64,000 nucleotides of DNA. Source: Lachnospiraceae bacterium (GTDB lineage Bacteria > Bacillota > Clostridia > Lachnospirales > Lachnospiraceae). Below are positions 48,838 to 58,908 of the stretch, piece by piece (within the stretch, counting starts at the first letter, position 1; every line of letters begins with the position of its first letter). Location of the stretch: the NCBI GenBank assembly GCA_017520425.1, contig JAFXFO010000033.1:7257-71256 (forward strand), written 5' to 3'. The notes beneath the pieces are model-generated. The model was given only the letters and a program-made list of their open reading frames with translations. It was not told the origin of the DNA and ran no database searches. Both the position numbers and the translations under genes were made by a program.

Positions 48838-51069
48838 TTACCAGTCTATGGCAGGAATACTGTCCCCTACAAGTACTTCACCGGTATCCGGGTCAAGCAG
48901 TGCTCCTGTCACCGGGTCCTTCAGATAACCTGTGGCCGGATCCTTTTCATAGCTCTTCCACTCCGGCTCTTCATAAGTAGTATTACCTTGTCCGGTACCG
49001 TCATTTAAGCCTTCCATGGCCTCCTGTTCCAAGGTTTCATCCACCTTGCCGTAAGTATTCTCCAGTTGCAGTGCCTCCAGTTCTGCTATTTCAGATTCAC
49101 TCAGCTCTTCTGTCATATAAATATTCAGATATGGCAACACTTCCGTCAACACACTACGTACAATACGGGTAGCAAATTTCGCATCATCCTGCTTCGCCGC
49201 ATTGGGTCTGTCAACCACCACATATATAGCGATTTCCGGGTCATCCGCCGGTGCAAAGCCCATAAAAGATACTACGTATTCCTTATTTCCTCTGGGCAAA
49301 GTCTGTGCTGTACCGGTCTTGCCACCGATGGCATAGCCTGCGGGTCTGGCTGTTTTTCCGGTTCTCTGATTTCCGCCCTCGGGCATTACTACCGCCGTGC
49401 AGTATTGCACAAGCTTTTCGGATGTGGCTGCTGATACAGTCTGTTTCAACACTCTGGGTTCGATGTTTTCTACAATAGCGCCCTTGGAATCGGTGATTTT
49501 GTCTACCAAATGAGGCTCATAATAATATCCGCCGTTAATCAATGAAGAAAAGCCTGCCACCATCTGAATCATGGTTACATTAAAGTTCTGTCCAAAGGTA
49601 TTGGTGGCAAGATCCGCATCGCCCATTTTTTCATCAAATAAAAGGTCCACGGTTCTGGCTTCTCCGGCCAAATCCACATTAGTTTTTAATCCAAAATTAA
49701 AAATCTGCTGAAATTTTGCAAAATTCGTTTTACCGATGGCCTGTCCCATATGCATCATAGCCACATTACAGGACCATGCAATAGAGCTTTGCACATTCAC
49801 TGCGCCTTCACCGGTACGCACATGACAATGAATATCATGACCGCCTATATGCAGCTTACCGTTACACTGATACACCTCGTTGCCGGTAATCGCACCGCAC
49901 TCCAGTGCCGTAGCCACGGTAAAAGGCTTTGCCGTGGAACCGGGTTCGTAAGTATCGGAAATACAGAAGTTCTTCCACAGATAGTTCAGATTCTGATACA
50001 AGGTGGCATCATCCATGGCATCCAAATCCGCCTGCGTAATATATCCTCCGGTCTGCTTACCGTTTGCATCCACCATTACATTTCCCAACAATTTAGTAGG
50101 GTCTTTAATATTATTCAGGTCAAAATTGGGATAACTGGCCATGGCAAGAATCCTTCCTGTATCCACTTCCATAATGATACAGCCTACATTCTCCGCACCG
50201 TTTCCTTCCCGTACCGCATTCTTATTGGCTTCGTTAAATTCATACAGCTTGTTTTCTACAATCTTTTGGATATTAACATCGATAGTACTGTGAATGGTGT
50301 ATCCGTCCACTGCCGGCTTAATGGTTCGTTCTACCAAAGAATCATCTCCCAAATAACCGTATTCCCTGCCGTTGGTACCATTCAATATATCGTTGTAGTA
50401 CTCTTCCAGACCATATGTACCCGTATTATCCTTACCGGTAAAACCGATAACATCACAAGCCAGTGTGGAATGAGGGTAAATCCGCTGATATACCTCTTCA
50501 AACCAGATACCTTTAATCAAATCCTTTTCATTCTCTTCTGCCTTAGCAGTCTTATATTCTTCAAATGCCTGCTTCTGCTCGAAATTCAGCAACTTCAGAG
50601 GGATATAGTACTTTGACTCCTTATTGGTTGTTACATGCTTACGGATTTCCTGCATATCCAACTGGGGATAACAAGCTTCCAATGCCTGCAATGTAGGCTC
50701 AACATACTTCTCATCATAGTTGATAACGGATGCATCGATTACCAGATTGTAATATTTTTCGCTGACTGCCAGCTTAACACCCTTGGAATCTACGATTTCC
50801 CCTCTTTTGAAAGGCAATGTCACACTGCTGTAATCCTGTTGCTTCAAAATCTCTTTATTGTACTTGGTACCATTCTCATGGGATATCCAAATCAGACGAA
50901 TTCCCAACCCCAGAAAAGCCAGTAGTACTAAAACAAATAGTACCACCAGCTTCTTTTGCATGTAGATACGAAATCTCTGTGATTTCTTATCCTGTTTTTT
51001 ATTCTCTCTAGACTGCTCTCTTCCGGGTTCCCTTCCGGAACCTCTTCTCTGTTCACTCACACGCTTCAC
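48838..51069 (-). CDS. Class B penicillin-binding protein (FtsI/PBP2B-like)
   Basis: TM anchor, KRGEIVD, YEPGSTAK, SCN, GGKTGTAQ. Confidence 0.93.
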   Translation of the reverse strand: MKRVSEQRRGSGREPGREQSRENKKQDKKSQRFRIYMQKKLVVLFVLVLLAFLGLGIRLIWISHENGTKYNKEILKQQDYSSVTLPFKRGEIVDSKGVKLAVSEKYYNLVIDASVINYDEKYVEPTLQALEACYPQLDMQEIRKHVTTNKESKYYIPLKLLNFEQKQAFEEYKTAKAEENEKDLIKGIWFEEVYQRIYPHSTLACDVIGFTGKDNTGTYGLEEYYNDILNGTNGREYGYLGDDSLVERTIKPAVDGYTIHSTIDVNIQKIVENKLYEFNEANKNAVREGNGAENVGCIIMEVDTGRILAMASYPNFDLNNIKDPTKLLGNVMVDANGKQTGGYITQADLDAMDDATLYQNLNYLWKNFCISDTYEPGSTAKPFTVATALECGAITGNEVYQCNGKLHIGGHDIHCHVRTGEGAVNVQSSIAWSCNVAMMHMGQAIGKTNFAKFQQIFNFGLKTNVDLAGEARTVDLLFDEKMGDADLATNTFGQNFNVTMIQMVAGFSSLINGGYYYEPHLVDKITDSKGAIVENIEPRVLKQTVSAATSEKLVQYCTAVVMPEGGNQRTGKTARPAGYAIGGKTGTAQTLPRGNKEYVVSFMGFAPADDPEIAIYVVVDRPNAAKQDDAKFATRIVRSVLTEVLPYLNIYMTEELSESEIAELEALQLENTYGKVDETLEQEAMEGLNDGTGQGNTTYEEPEWKSYEKDPATGYLKDPVTGALLDPDTGEVLVGDSIPAIDW

Positions 51070-51077
51070 TCCAGACT

Positions 51078-51563
51078 TTAATTACTTTCATCCACCTTAC
51101 GAACATAGTCGTAATCTACACCTGCGTAAGAAACAATCTGTCCTTCCTTGGGATAGGTCATACCCAATTCTGTGATTGCCACCCTCTTTACTTCCTCTAT
51201 ATCGATAGAACTTTCGATTCTGGAAAGTGCCTCCGCATTTTCCATACGCATGGTGTTCAATATCTTCTCCTGTCTGGCGATTTCTGCGTTTAATGTGGTA
51301 ATGTCCGCATTCAGACGAATATAACCAATCAACACAACCGCTGCTACCGAGAAAGCCATCAGTAAAAAGGCGATGTAACCGAAGCTCATATACTTAGCCT
51401 TTTCACGATTCTTTCTTGCAGAATTGCTTAATACCTTCTTTTGCGGTTCTTCAAACTGTCTTCTGACATCCGGCTTTGTTACTGTATTTCCATAAACATA
51501 TGCGCTTCTTTCATAAGCGGTTCTGTTCACTCTGTTGCGATTTCTTTCAAATTCTGTTGCCAC
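51078..51563 (-). CDS. ftsL: Cell division protein FtsL-like
   Basis: One TM, coiled coil, A..ELGM.YP motif; GTG start at 51563 with SD AGGAGG; position after rsmH. Confidence 0.8.
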   Translation of the reverse strand: MATEFERNRNRVNRTAYERSAYVYGNTVTKPDVRRQFEEPQKKVLSNSARKNREKAKYMSFGYIAFLLMAFSVAAVVLIGYIRLNADITTLNAEIARQEKILNTMRMENAEALSRIESSIDIEEVKRVAITELGMTYPKEGQIVSYAGVDYDYVRKVDESN

Positions 51564-51612
51564 GTTTATACCTCCTGTATCCTTACCCAATCCTTTGGAT
51601 GATATTTCTTTC

Positions 51613-52548
51613 CTATTTCTTTTCAAACACTCTCAGCTTTGCGCTTTTTGAACGGCTGTTTACTTCCAATTCCTCTTTAGAGGGCAATATGGGTTTTCTT
51701 GTAACCACCGTTCCTTCCGGCACTTTTCCGCATACACACACCGGAAATTCAGAAGGACAGGTACAAGGATTCTCCTTATTCTTGAACGCCGTCTTTACAA
51801 TTCTGTCTTCCAGAGAGTGGAAGGTGATAATGCACAATCTTCCGCCCGGATTCAATAAATCCACCAAGTCATCCAAGGCTTCTCTCAAAACCTCAAGCTC
51901 CCGGTTGCATTCAATGCGGATAGCCTGATAGGTTCGCTTGGATGGATGACCGTTCTGTCTCATCTTGGCCGGTATGGCAGCTTTGATAATCTCATTGAGC
52001 TCTCCCGTCGTTTCAATGGGCTTATCCTGTCGTGCCTTCACAATATGCTTCGCTATATTCTTAGCAAAATTATCTTCTCCGTAATCTCTGATAATACGGT
52101 ACAAATCCATCTCGCTGTATCCATTTACAATATCTTTCGCCGTCATGCTCTGTCTACGATCCATACGCATGTCCAGTTCTGCGTCAAACCGATAGGAAAA
52201 GCCTCTTTCTTCTGTATCTAACTGGTAAGATGAAACACCCAAATCCAACACAATACCATCCACTCCGGTCACGCCCTGCTCCATAAGAGCCGCCTTCATA
52301 TTGCGGTAATTGTTACGAATGATACACACCTTGTCGCCATATACGGAAAGTCTCTCTCCTGCCGCTGCGATAGCTGCATCATCCTGGTCGATTCCAAAGA
52401 AACGACCGGTGTCCAATCTCTTACACACATGATAAGCATGTCCGCCTCCGCCCAAGGTACCATCCACATAGATGCCATCCGGCTTGATATTTAAATGTTC
52501 GATGGTCTCGTCTAATAAAACGGAATAATGCTTGAACTCCATGTGCAC
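51613..52548 (-). CDS. rsmH: 16S rRNA m4C1402 methyltransferase
   Basis: [45 protein letters not shown]. Confidence 0.99.
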   Translation of the reverse strand: MHMEFKHYSVLLDETIEHLNIKPDGIYVDGTLGGGGHAYHVCKRLDTGRFFGIDQDDAAIAAAGERLSVYGDKVCIIRNNYRNMKAALMEQGVTGVDGIVLDLGVSSYQLDTEERGFSYRFDAELDMRMDRRQSMTAKDIVNGYSEMDLYRIIRDYGEDNFAKNIAKHIVKARQDKPIETTGELNEIIKAAIPAKMRQNGHPSKRTYQAIRIECNRELEVLREALDDLVDLLNPGGRLCIITFHSLEDRIVKTAFKNKENPCTCPSEFPVCVCGKVPEGTVVTRKPILPSKEELEVNSRSKSAKLRVFEKK

Positions 52549-52558
52549 TCCCTATCAT

Positions 52559-52996
52559 CTAAAAAATCAATCCTAAGTCTGCCATTGCTTCTGTGATAGC
52601 GTTCATATCCACGCCTTCTTCCATAGCACTCCACTGTTCTGCGCTCCAGATTTCGATACGCTTTCCCATACCTACCAAAACCACATCCTTCTCCAGACCC
52701 GCAAATGTTCGTAGCTGCGTGGGCATCAATATTCTACCCTGCTTGTCCACTTCCACCTGAGTTGCGCCTGCCAGAAAGAAACGTGTATACTGTCTGGTTT
52801 CCAGCTTGCCCATAGGTAATGCAGAAAGTTTTTCTTCGAATTCAGCCCAATTCTTGTTGTCAAACACAAATAGGCAGCCATCCATTCCCTTTGTAATTAC
52901 GAATTCATCTCCCAACTGCTCTCTGAATTTTGAAGGAATGCTCAACCTGCCTTTTGCGTCCATCGTATGATTGTACTGACTCATAAACATCTGCAA
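52559..52996 (-). CDS. mraZ: Transcriptional regulator MraZ
   Basis: DAKGRLSIP and DKQGRILMP repeats; head of the dcw cluster. Confidence 0.98.
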   Translation of the reverse strand: MQMFMSQYNHTMDAKGRLSIPSKFREQLGDEFVITKGMDGCLFVFDNKNWAEFEEKLSALPMGKLETRQYTRFFLAGATQVEVDKQGRILMPTQLRTFAGLEKDVVLVGMGKRIEIWSAEQWSAMEEGVDMNAITEAMADLGLIF

Positions 52997-53025
52997 TCAC
53001 CACCTTCAGAAGCAAAAACTACTCG

Positions 53026-53080
53026 TTTTTATCCCACTTTATGGGGTATTTATACCACTTCATGGGTTTTTATCCCACTT
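53026..53080 (-). promoter_or_regulatory. Putative MraZ operator repeats
   Basis: Three AAGTGG(G/T)ATAAA copies at 20-21 bp period with inverted CCCAT boxes between them, located between promoter and mraZ start. Confidence 0.65.
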
Positions 53081-53089
53081 AATGAGTTA

Positions 53090-53118
53090 ATTCTATACCA
53101 TTACGCAGGTTTTTGCAA
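53090..53118 (-). promoter_or_regulatory. sigma-A promoter of the dcw cluster
   Basis: TTGCAA-N17-TAGAAT. Confidence 0.7.
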
Positions 53119-53200
53119 TACATTTTTAGACAAATATTAAAAAAATATAAAGTTTTACAAAAAGCAACAGAAAAAGCCGCCAAATTCCCTAAAAATAGGC

Positions 53201-53234
53201 AAAAAAAATAACGCTCTGTCCTAAGACAAAGCGT
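53201..53234 (-). terminator. Intrinsic terminator after lgt
   Basis: ACGCT.TGTC/GACA.AGCGT stem with long U-tract. Confidence 0.75.
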
Positions 53235-53248
53235 CGTTTTTGAACATT

Positions 53249-54136
53249 CTATTCTGTTTTTGCTTTTCCTTTTTTCTTGATGTTAACTCTCACCAACACC
53301 TCAATAATCATCGACACTATAAACAATGAAATTCCCAGTATCTGTGACACCGCAATGTTGGTACCGGCAAATTTCAACTGATCTGTGCGAATTCCTTCCA
53401 CGAAGAAACGAATGATACCATAGCCACCTAAATAAATCAGACATATCTCACCATTAAACTTTTTACGTTTATGGTACCATGCCATAAATATAAATATCAC
53501 TAAATTCAGCAGACCTTCATACAAAAAGGTGGGATGCACCTGAATGTAATTGGCACCGGCAGGGATATGACTCTGTATATTGGCCGTAATGTCCGATGGA
53601 TGCGCCACCGCCTCAATGGGTATTCTCATGGCAAACAGATTGTCGGTATATTCGCCGAATACCTCACGATTGAAGAAATTCCCCCAGCGACCGATAATCT
53701 GTCCCAAAATCAAGCCCTGGACACCACAATCAGCCAATTGGAAGGGATTTCGCTTCTTAATCTTACAAAACACAAAGCATGTTATAAAGGCGCCGATTAC
53801 CGCTCCGTAAATAGCCAAACCACCATTTCGAATATTAAGGATACTCCACAAATCATTCTTATAGGAGTCCCACTCAAATATCACATAGTACACACGGGCA
53901 CCGATTACCGAAAACACCACTGCCCATATAGCAAAGTCCCAAATCTCATCCGGGTCCATACCGCATACCTTTGCTGCACGCTCCGCCATTAATATTCCGG
54001 CTAACACGCCCACCCATATCACAATTCCATACAAATAAATATCAAAGTCTCCCAACTTAAATCCACTGGGCACATTCTTCAAATATATCCCCAGATTGGG
54101 AAAGGCAATATCCATTGCATTCATGATTTCCTGCAT
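53249..54136 (-). CDS. lgt: Prolipoprotein diacylglyceryl transferase
   Basis: GAR..YV, GGLAIYG, GRWGNFFNREVFG, HPTFLYE, RFFVE.IR.D. Confidence 0.97.
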   Translation of the reverse strand: MQEIMNAMDIAFPNLGIYLKNVPSGFKLGDFDIYLYGIVIWVGVLAGILMAERAAKVCGMDPDEIWDFAIWAVVFSVIGARVYYVIFEWDSYKNDLWSILNIRNGGLAIYGAVIGAFITCFVFCKIKKRNPFQLADCGVQGLILGQIIGRWGNFFNREVFGEYTDNLFAMRIPIEAVAHPSDITANIQSHIPAGANYIQVHPTFLYEGLLNLVIFIFMAWYHKRKKFNGEICLIYLGGYGIIRFFVEGIRTDQLKFAGTNIAVSQILGISLFIVSMIIEVLVRVNIKKKGKAKTE

Positions 54137-54147
54137 AACAAACCTTC

Positions 54148-55245
54148 CTATACGTTGAATCTAAAGAGAATTACATCTCCGTCCTTTACTACGTACTCCT
54201 TACCTTCCATACCTACCAGACCCTTTTCTCTGGCAGCTGCCAAAGAGCCCTGCTCCAGTAAGTCCTTATAATTTACTACTTCAGCCTTAATAAAGCCACG
54301 TTCAAAGTCGGAGTGAATCTTGCCTGCTGCCTGAGGTGCCTTGGTACCAATCTTAATGGTCCATGCACGGGTCTCATCCTCTCCGGCGGTCAGAAAGCTC
54401 ATCAGACCAAGCAAACTATAGCTTGCCTTAATCAGTTTCTCCAAACCGGACTCACTTAATCCCAAATCCTCTAAAAACATTGCTTTTTCATCGTCATCCA
54501 GCTCAGAAATCTCCTGCTCAATCTGAGCACAAATCACAAATACTTCACTGCCTTCTGCTGCCGCGAACTCACGCACGGTCTTTACACCTGCATTGGAAGC
54601 TGCATCATCTGCCAATTCATCCTCCGCCACATTAGCTGCATAAATAGTAGGCTTATAGGTCAGCAGATTGTAAGAACGTAAGATTTCTTCCTCATCCTCA
54701 TTCTCACACTCCAAGGTCTTTGCCATCTTACCGCTTTCCAGATGGTCCTTCAGCTTCTCGATCAGGGTCACTTCCTTGGCTAAAGTCTTGTCCATCTTAG
54801 CCTGCTTAGCCACCTTCGCATAACGTCTTTCCAAAATCTCCAAATCCGAGAAAATCAATTCGAAATTAATTGTTTCAATATCTCTCAAAGGATTGATATT
54901 TCCATCCACATGGATGACATTTGTATCTTCAAAACAACGAACCACATGAACGATAGCATCCACTTCACGGATATTGCTTAAGAACTGGTTACCCAATCCC
55001 TCACCCTTGGATGCACCCTTAACCAAACCTGCTATATCCACAAATTCGATTACCGCAGGGGTCACCTTTTTGGACTGATACATATCTCCTAAGAGCTTCA
55101 GTCTCTCATCCGGCACCGGTACAATACCGATATTAGGATCTATGGTACAGAAGGGATAGTTAGCTGACTCCGCTCCTGCCTTGGTTAATGAATTAAATAA
55201 TGTACTCTTTCCTACATTGGGTAAACCTACGATTCCCAGTTTCAT
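54148..55245 (-). CDS. ychF: Redox-regulated ATPase YchF
   Basis: [47 protein letters not shown]. Confidence 0.99.
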   Translation of the reverse strand: MKLGIVGLPNVGKSTLFNSLTKAGAESANYPFCTIDPNIGIVPVPDERLKLLGDMYQSKKVTPAVIEFVDIAGLVKGASKGEGLGNQFLSNIREVDAIVHVVRCFEDTNVIHVDGNINPLRDIETINFELIFSDLEILERRYAKVAKQAKMDKTLAKEVTLIEKLKDHLESGKMAKTLECENEDEEEILRSYNLLTYKPTIYAANVAEDELADDAASNAGVKTVREFAAAEGSEVFVICAQIEQEISELDDDEKAMFLEDLGLSESGLEKLIKASYSLLGLMSFLTAGEDETRAWTIKIGTKAPQAAGKIHSDFERGFIKAEVVNYKDLLEQGSLAAAREKGLVGMEGKEYVVKDGDVILFRFNV

Positions 55246-55337
55246 TTTTATTTCCTCCTTATCCTCTTCTCAAAGGATTTCTGCACATTTTATAATGCTA
55301 TCACAAACAGACGCCTTTTTCAACCGTTTGACATACA

Positions 55338-56564
55338 TTATCGTTTTAACATACGCCGTATCTTTTTCTTTACAGCAACCGGTATCCTATCCAACACAAA
55401 TACAAAAGGCATTTTGATTAAATTCTTTCGTTTGAACCATGCATCCACCTCTTGGTACCCACCATTTACATACTTATCCAAAATCATTTGCCGCCGTTCC
55501 GAACTCTTCGTAGGGTAGCGCAGCTGACCGTTTTTGCGAGCCACTTTCTCAAAAGTAGATGTTCCTAATCTCAACCCATCTGATACCTGTTTTACATACT
55601 CCTTTCCCTTTGAAGTATTGATAATCATACAGGATATCCCTTGTGCCTCATCAAAATCTCCACCGTTTGCCACCAGATAATCCGGATGTTCATGCTCTAT
55701 TCCCCAATAATCCCCTAAAGTGATATCTCCCGGTCTGTTACTTGATGCATATTTACAGCTATAACAGTTTTCACGATAAATATCCCCTCTCAAGAAAAGT
55801 TGGTAATATGAGGACTCTCTTGCATAAATCAGCTTGCTCTTTTCCTGATTCTTAGCAGTCAGATAACTCGCCTTACCTACCAATCCCCAACCACTGGATT
55901 TATCTCTAAACCTAAATTCTGTAATTTTTCCCTTTAATTTTTTCTCCAGCTCCTTTACATAGCTTTGGAAAAACGAAACGGAAGGTACACCGTGACAAAT
56001 AATATCAACCAATAGCAGGTTTTCATTACCGACATCCCCCAAATAAGTCTTAAGTCCCGCCACCTGACAGGGTGTTCCTGAAAACAATATCTTCCTTCCC
56101 TGCATAAGCAGTTTTTTTACCTGCTGATAAGTGTCCCCCATAATACTCTGTACATATTTAGAGCCCTGTAGCTTAATCAAATCCTCCAACTTTTCAACAC
56201 CAATATGCATAGGTGTCAATTCACCCGATATCGTTTCCATGGACACACCATATACGATACCTCCCTGCTCAATCATACTCTTTGCAAGACTGGCAAAAAT
56301 ACCGCCGGATGCAGATTTCATAATATCTGTATTCAAAGTACAGGCCACATATGTACTCACAGGAACATTGTTTTCTTCTACCTGCTTATATCCACATACT
56401 CTTTGACACAATCCGCATTCTACACATAAACTTGCATCGATACAAGAATATCTGAAACCATATTCGTCTTCTTCCATATGTATCGCCTTCTGCGGACATA
56501 TATTTACACAGGCTTCACAACCACAACATTCTGCTTTGTCATGGAATAATGTTATTTTCGCCAT
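55338..56564 (-). CDS. F420 hydrogenase beta-subunit-like Fe-S protein of polysaccharide loci
   Basis: N-terminal 2x[4Fe-4S] ferredoxin (CCGCEAC..CP, CVECGLC..C), SASGG, GSKYVQS, GTPCQ, CHGVPS, RENCYSC, DITLGDYWG. Confidence 0.88.
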   Translation of the reverse strand: MAKITLFHDKAECCGCEACVNICPQKAIHMEEDEYGFRYSCIDASLCVECGLCQRVCGYKQVEENNVPVSTYVACTLNTDIMKSASGGIFASLAKSMIEQGGIVYGVSMETISGELTPMHIGVEKLEDLIKLQGSKYVQSIMGDTYQQVKKLLMQGRKILFSGTPCQVAGLKTYLGDVGNENLLLVDIICHGVPSVSFFQSYVKELEKKLKGKITEFRFRDKSSGWGLVGKASYLTAKNQEKSKLIYARESSYYQLFLRGDIYRENCYSCKYASSNRPGDITLGDYWGIEHEHPDYLVANGGDFDEAQGISCMIINTSKGKEYVKQVSDGLRLGTSTFEKVARKNGQLRYPTKSSERRQMILDKYVNGGYQEVDAWFKRKNLIKMPFVFVLDRIPVAVKKKIRRMLKR

Positions 56565-57664
56565 TATGCTCTCCCAATCGTAAAATCTTCAAACACGGTA
56601 GCCAAAAACTCTCGAATCCGAACACGTTGCTCATCTAAAGCTTTATTCACCTTATTGAAATCTATTTTTCTATTAACCACATCAAAATCATCATAGTTTT
56701 CTACATGTTTTTGTAATGTTCCAGTCATCCTTAAAATACTCTCTAAACGACTGCTATACTCTGATGGATATACACATATTGGCTCAGTATTCAAATTTAA
56801 CGAAAATGCTGTGGCATGAAAGGAATCCGTCAATACATACCTGGCGTTATCAATTAACGTAATAAATTCAAATACTTCCGGAACCAATATGCTCTTTCCA
56901 GGGCGATAAAACTGGTCATATCGGGTACATAATCTAACCAATGGAATCCCTGTTTTTTTAGACAGCTTCACTGCATAGTCATCAAATTCTTTAGAGCGAT
57001 TCAGATTATAGATTAATATATAGTCTCCTTTTAACTTGCTTTTAGGAGCAAGGTCTCGCCAAAAATCACCGTCATAGGCAAGCGTCGGGTCAACCACATG
57101 CTGACACTTGGTATATCCATATTGCTCTTCCAGTATAGTCTTAGCGGAATCTTCACGTACCGAAATATATTGATACTGATCAATATACTGCTTTGTTGCT
57201 TTTACCTCTTCTTCTGTAAGGCTCTTCTTTCCGAAACTGGCTGCATATGCAAACTTATACTTATCTTCAGGCACAAAGCTTAAGAACAATGGCTTCTCAA
57301 TACCACCATTCCATCCGCTGTTCCACACCTGATCGCTTCCCGTACAATAAAGGTCTGCGTCTGTTGAAAAGCCCTCAAAATCGTGCTCATAGGTATATGT
57401 TTTTTCAGTCAACTTAATATGTTCCTTTAAAAACTGATTAAAAACCGTATTCCACCTCTTAAGCGTAGGATACATGGCGATTTTTTTAAGAATGTTGTCA
57501 CCGCACCAATACTCCATAAGGTTCTCATCCAGACAGTCTTCTCTGATATAGTTTATTACCTCTACCTCATAACCATAGGACTCAAACAAGGTCTGTGTAG
57601 CCAGTGTCTGAAGCACCGATCCGTAATTCTTAATCGCATGCAATGTAATAAGGTTTATTTTCAT
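56564..57664 (-). CDS. Polysaccharide pyruvyl transferase family protein
   Basis: NYGSVLQ, GSDQVWN, YAASFG, ISVRE, DPTL, TDSFHATAFS. Confidence 0.92.
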   Translation of the reverse strand: MKINLITLHAIKNYGSVLQTLATQTLFESYGYEVEVINYIREDCLDENLMEYWCGDNILKKIAMYPTLKRWNTVFNQFLKEHIKLTEKTYTYEHDFEGFSTDADLYCTGSDQVWNSGWNGGIEKPLFLSFVPEDKYKFAYAASFGKKSLTEEEVKATKQYIDQYQYISVREDSAKTILEEQYGYTKCQHVVDPTLAYDGDFWRDLAPKSKLKGDYILIYNLNRSKEFDDYAVKLSKKTGIPLVRLCTRYDQFYRPGKSILVPEVFEFITLIDNARYVLTDSFHATAFSLNLNTEPICVYPSEYSSRLESILRMTGTLQKHVENYDDFDVVNRKIDFNKVNKALDEQRVRIREFLATVFEDFTIGRA

Positions 57665-58773
57665 CCCTTTTCCTCCATTAGGTAAAACTCTTCCATTTTT
57701 TTGCTTGCAAGATTTATATCATATCCTGCCTTCGCCACCTGCTGACTATAACTCATCCTTTTCTCAACATTACTGCAGCAAGCGGCCATTTTTTCAGCCC
57801 ATAGTTTTTCCGTCCCTTCAATGGATAAAAACTCAATCAAATCTGTTATACGCATCTCATCTGTAACCTTGTTTGAAACCAGCTGTTTCAACCCGTTTGC
57901 CTGCGCCTCAATCAACACTACCGGCAAGCCTTCATAATGAGAAGGCAAAACAAACATATCAAATGCATTCAATAACTCCGGAACATCATTTCGTACACCA
58001 AGAAAGAGAATATGCTCCTCCATTTTCAATTGACGTGCTCTCTCCTTAATGTTTTCCTCCTCCAAACCTCTACCCACTATTACCAACACTACATCGTTAC
58101 AAATGTTTAAAAGTTCTTTATACGCATCAAATAAGAATGGATAGTTCTTCTGTTCTGACAAACGTCCCACAATACCTATAACCAATTTATCTCCAACGCC
58201 AAGCTCTTTCCGTTTTTTCTCTCTTATCTCAGCAGCAAATTCATAAGCCTTGGTATCTACCGCATTGGTCATTATTGTAACCTTGCCCTTTTGGTAACAA
58301 CGTTTTCCCCACATATATTTTCCCGCTTCGCTACCGCATGCAAAAAGGGTTGTTGCATTCATTTTTGCCACACATGACAGTATAATGTCAAAGCATCTTT
58401 TTAATTTACTTATTGGTTCATAAGCGATGTGAGAATGTACAATCCGTTGGGCAACCTTAGCCTTCCGCGCATAATACATAGGGAATAAGCCACGTGCGCC
58501 CATATGAGAATGAACCACATCATAATCTCCTTCGCAAATCACCTTCTTCATTCCTTGAAGATAGCCCTTTTTATCCTTCTTTATGCGTGGGATCTTATAT
58601 ATTGTACATCCCAACTCCCGAAGCGGTTTCTCATAAATCCCTTCGTCATAAAAATCCTGTATCAGAAAATCAAAATGTATTTTTTCACGGTCCATATGAG
58701 AATAATAGTCATATAATAATTTTGCAACTCCGCCTCCATCCAATGCGGATAATTCATGCAGAACTCTAACCAT
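57661..58773 (-). CDS. GT4-family glycosyltransferase (EpsF-like)
   Basis: GGVAK, VGRLSEQKN, DMFVLPSHYEGLPVVLIEAQANG; start refined to ATG 58773 (SD GGAGG) because the track start overlaps the promoter. Confidence 0.92.
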   Translation of the reverse strand: MVRVLHELSALDGGGVAKLLYDYYSHMDREKIHFDFLIQDFYDEGIYEKPLRELGCTIYKIPRIKKDKKGYLQGMKKVICEGDYDVVHSHMGARGLFPMYYARKAKVAQRIVHSHIAYEPISKLKRCFDIILSCVAKMNATTLFACGSEAGKYMWGKRCYQKGKVTIMTNAVDTKAYEFAAEIREKKRKELGVGDKLVIGIVGRLSEQKNYPFLFDAYKELLNICNDVVLVIVGRGLEEENIKERARQLKMEEHILFLGVRNDVPELLNAFDMFVLPSHYEGLPVVLIEAQANGLKQLVSNKVTDEMRITDLIEFLSIEGTEKLWAEKMAACCSNVEKRMSYSQQVAKAGYDINLASKKMEEFYLMEEKG

Positions 58774-58824
58774 TCTTTGTATCCTCCGATTCAGCACATA
58801 ATTATGCCATTCTACAAAAAATAA

Positions 58825-58853
58825 ATTATAATTCATATAAATATTCTTGTCAA
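58825..58853 (-). promoter_or_regulatory. Perfect-consensus sigma-A promoter for GT4-pyruvyltransferase-FeS genes
   Basis: TTGACA-N17-TATAAT. Confidence 0.85.
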
Positions 58854-58908
58854 GGAATTATAAAAATGATACCATATTCTATATATAACTTAATAAGGAG
58901 GTTCCTGT

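Noticed and set aside
53026-53080. Possible mini-CRISPR or iteron array
   Set aside because: Repeats are short with 6-8 bp spacers, no cas or rep gene; position fits MraZ operators.
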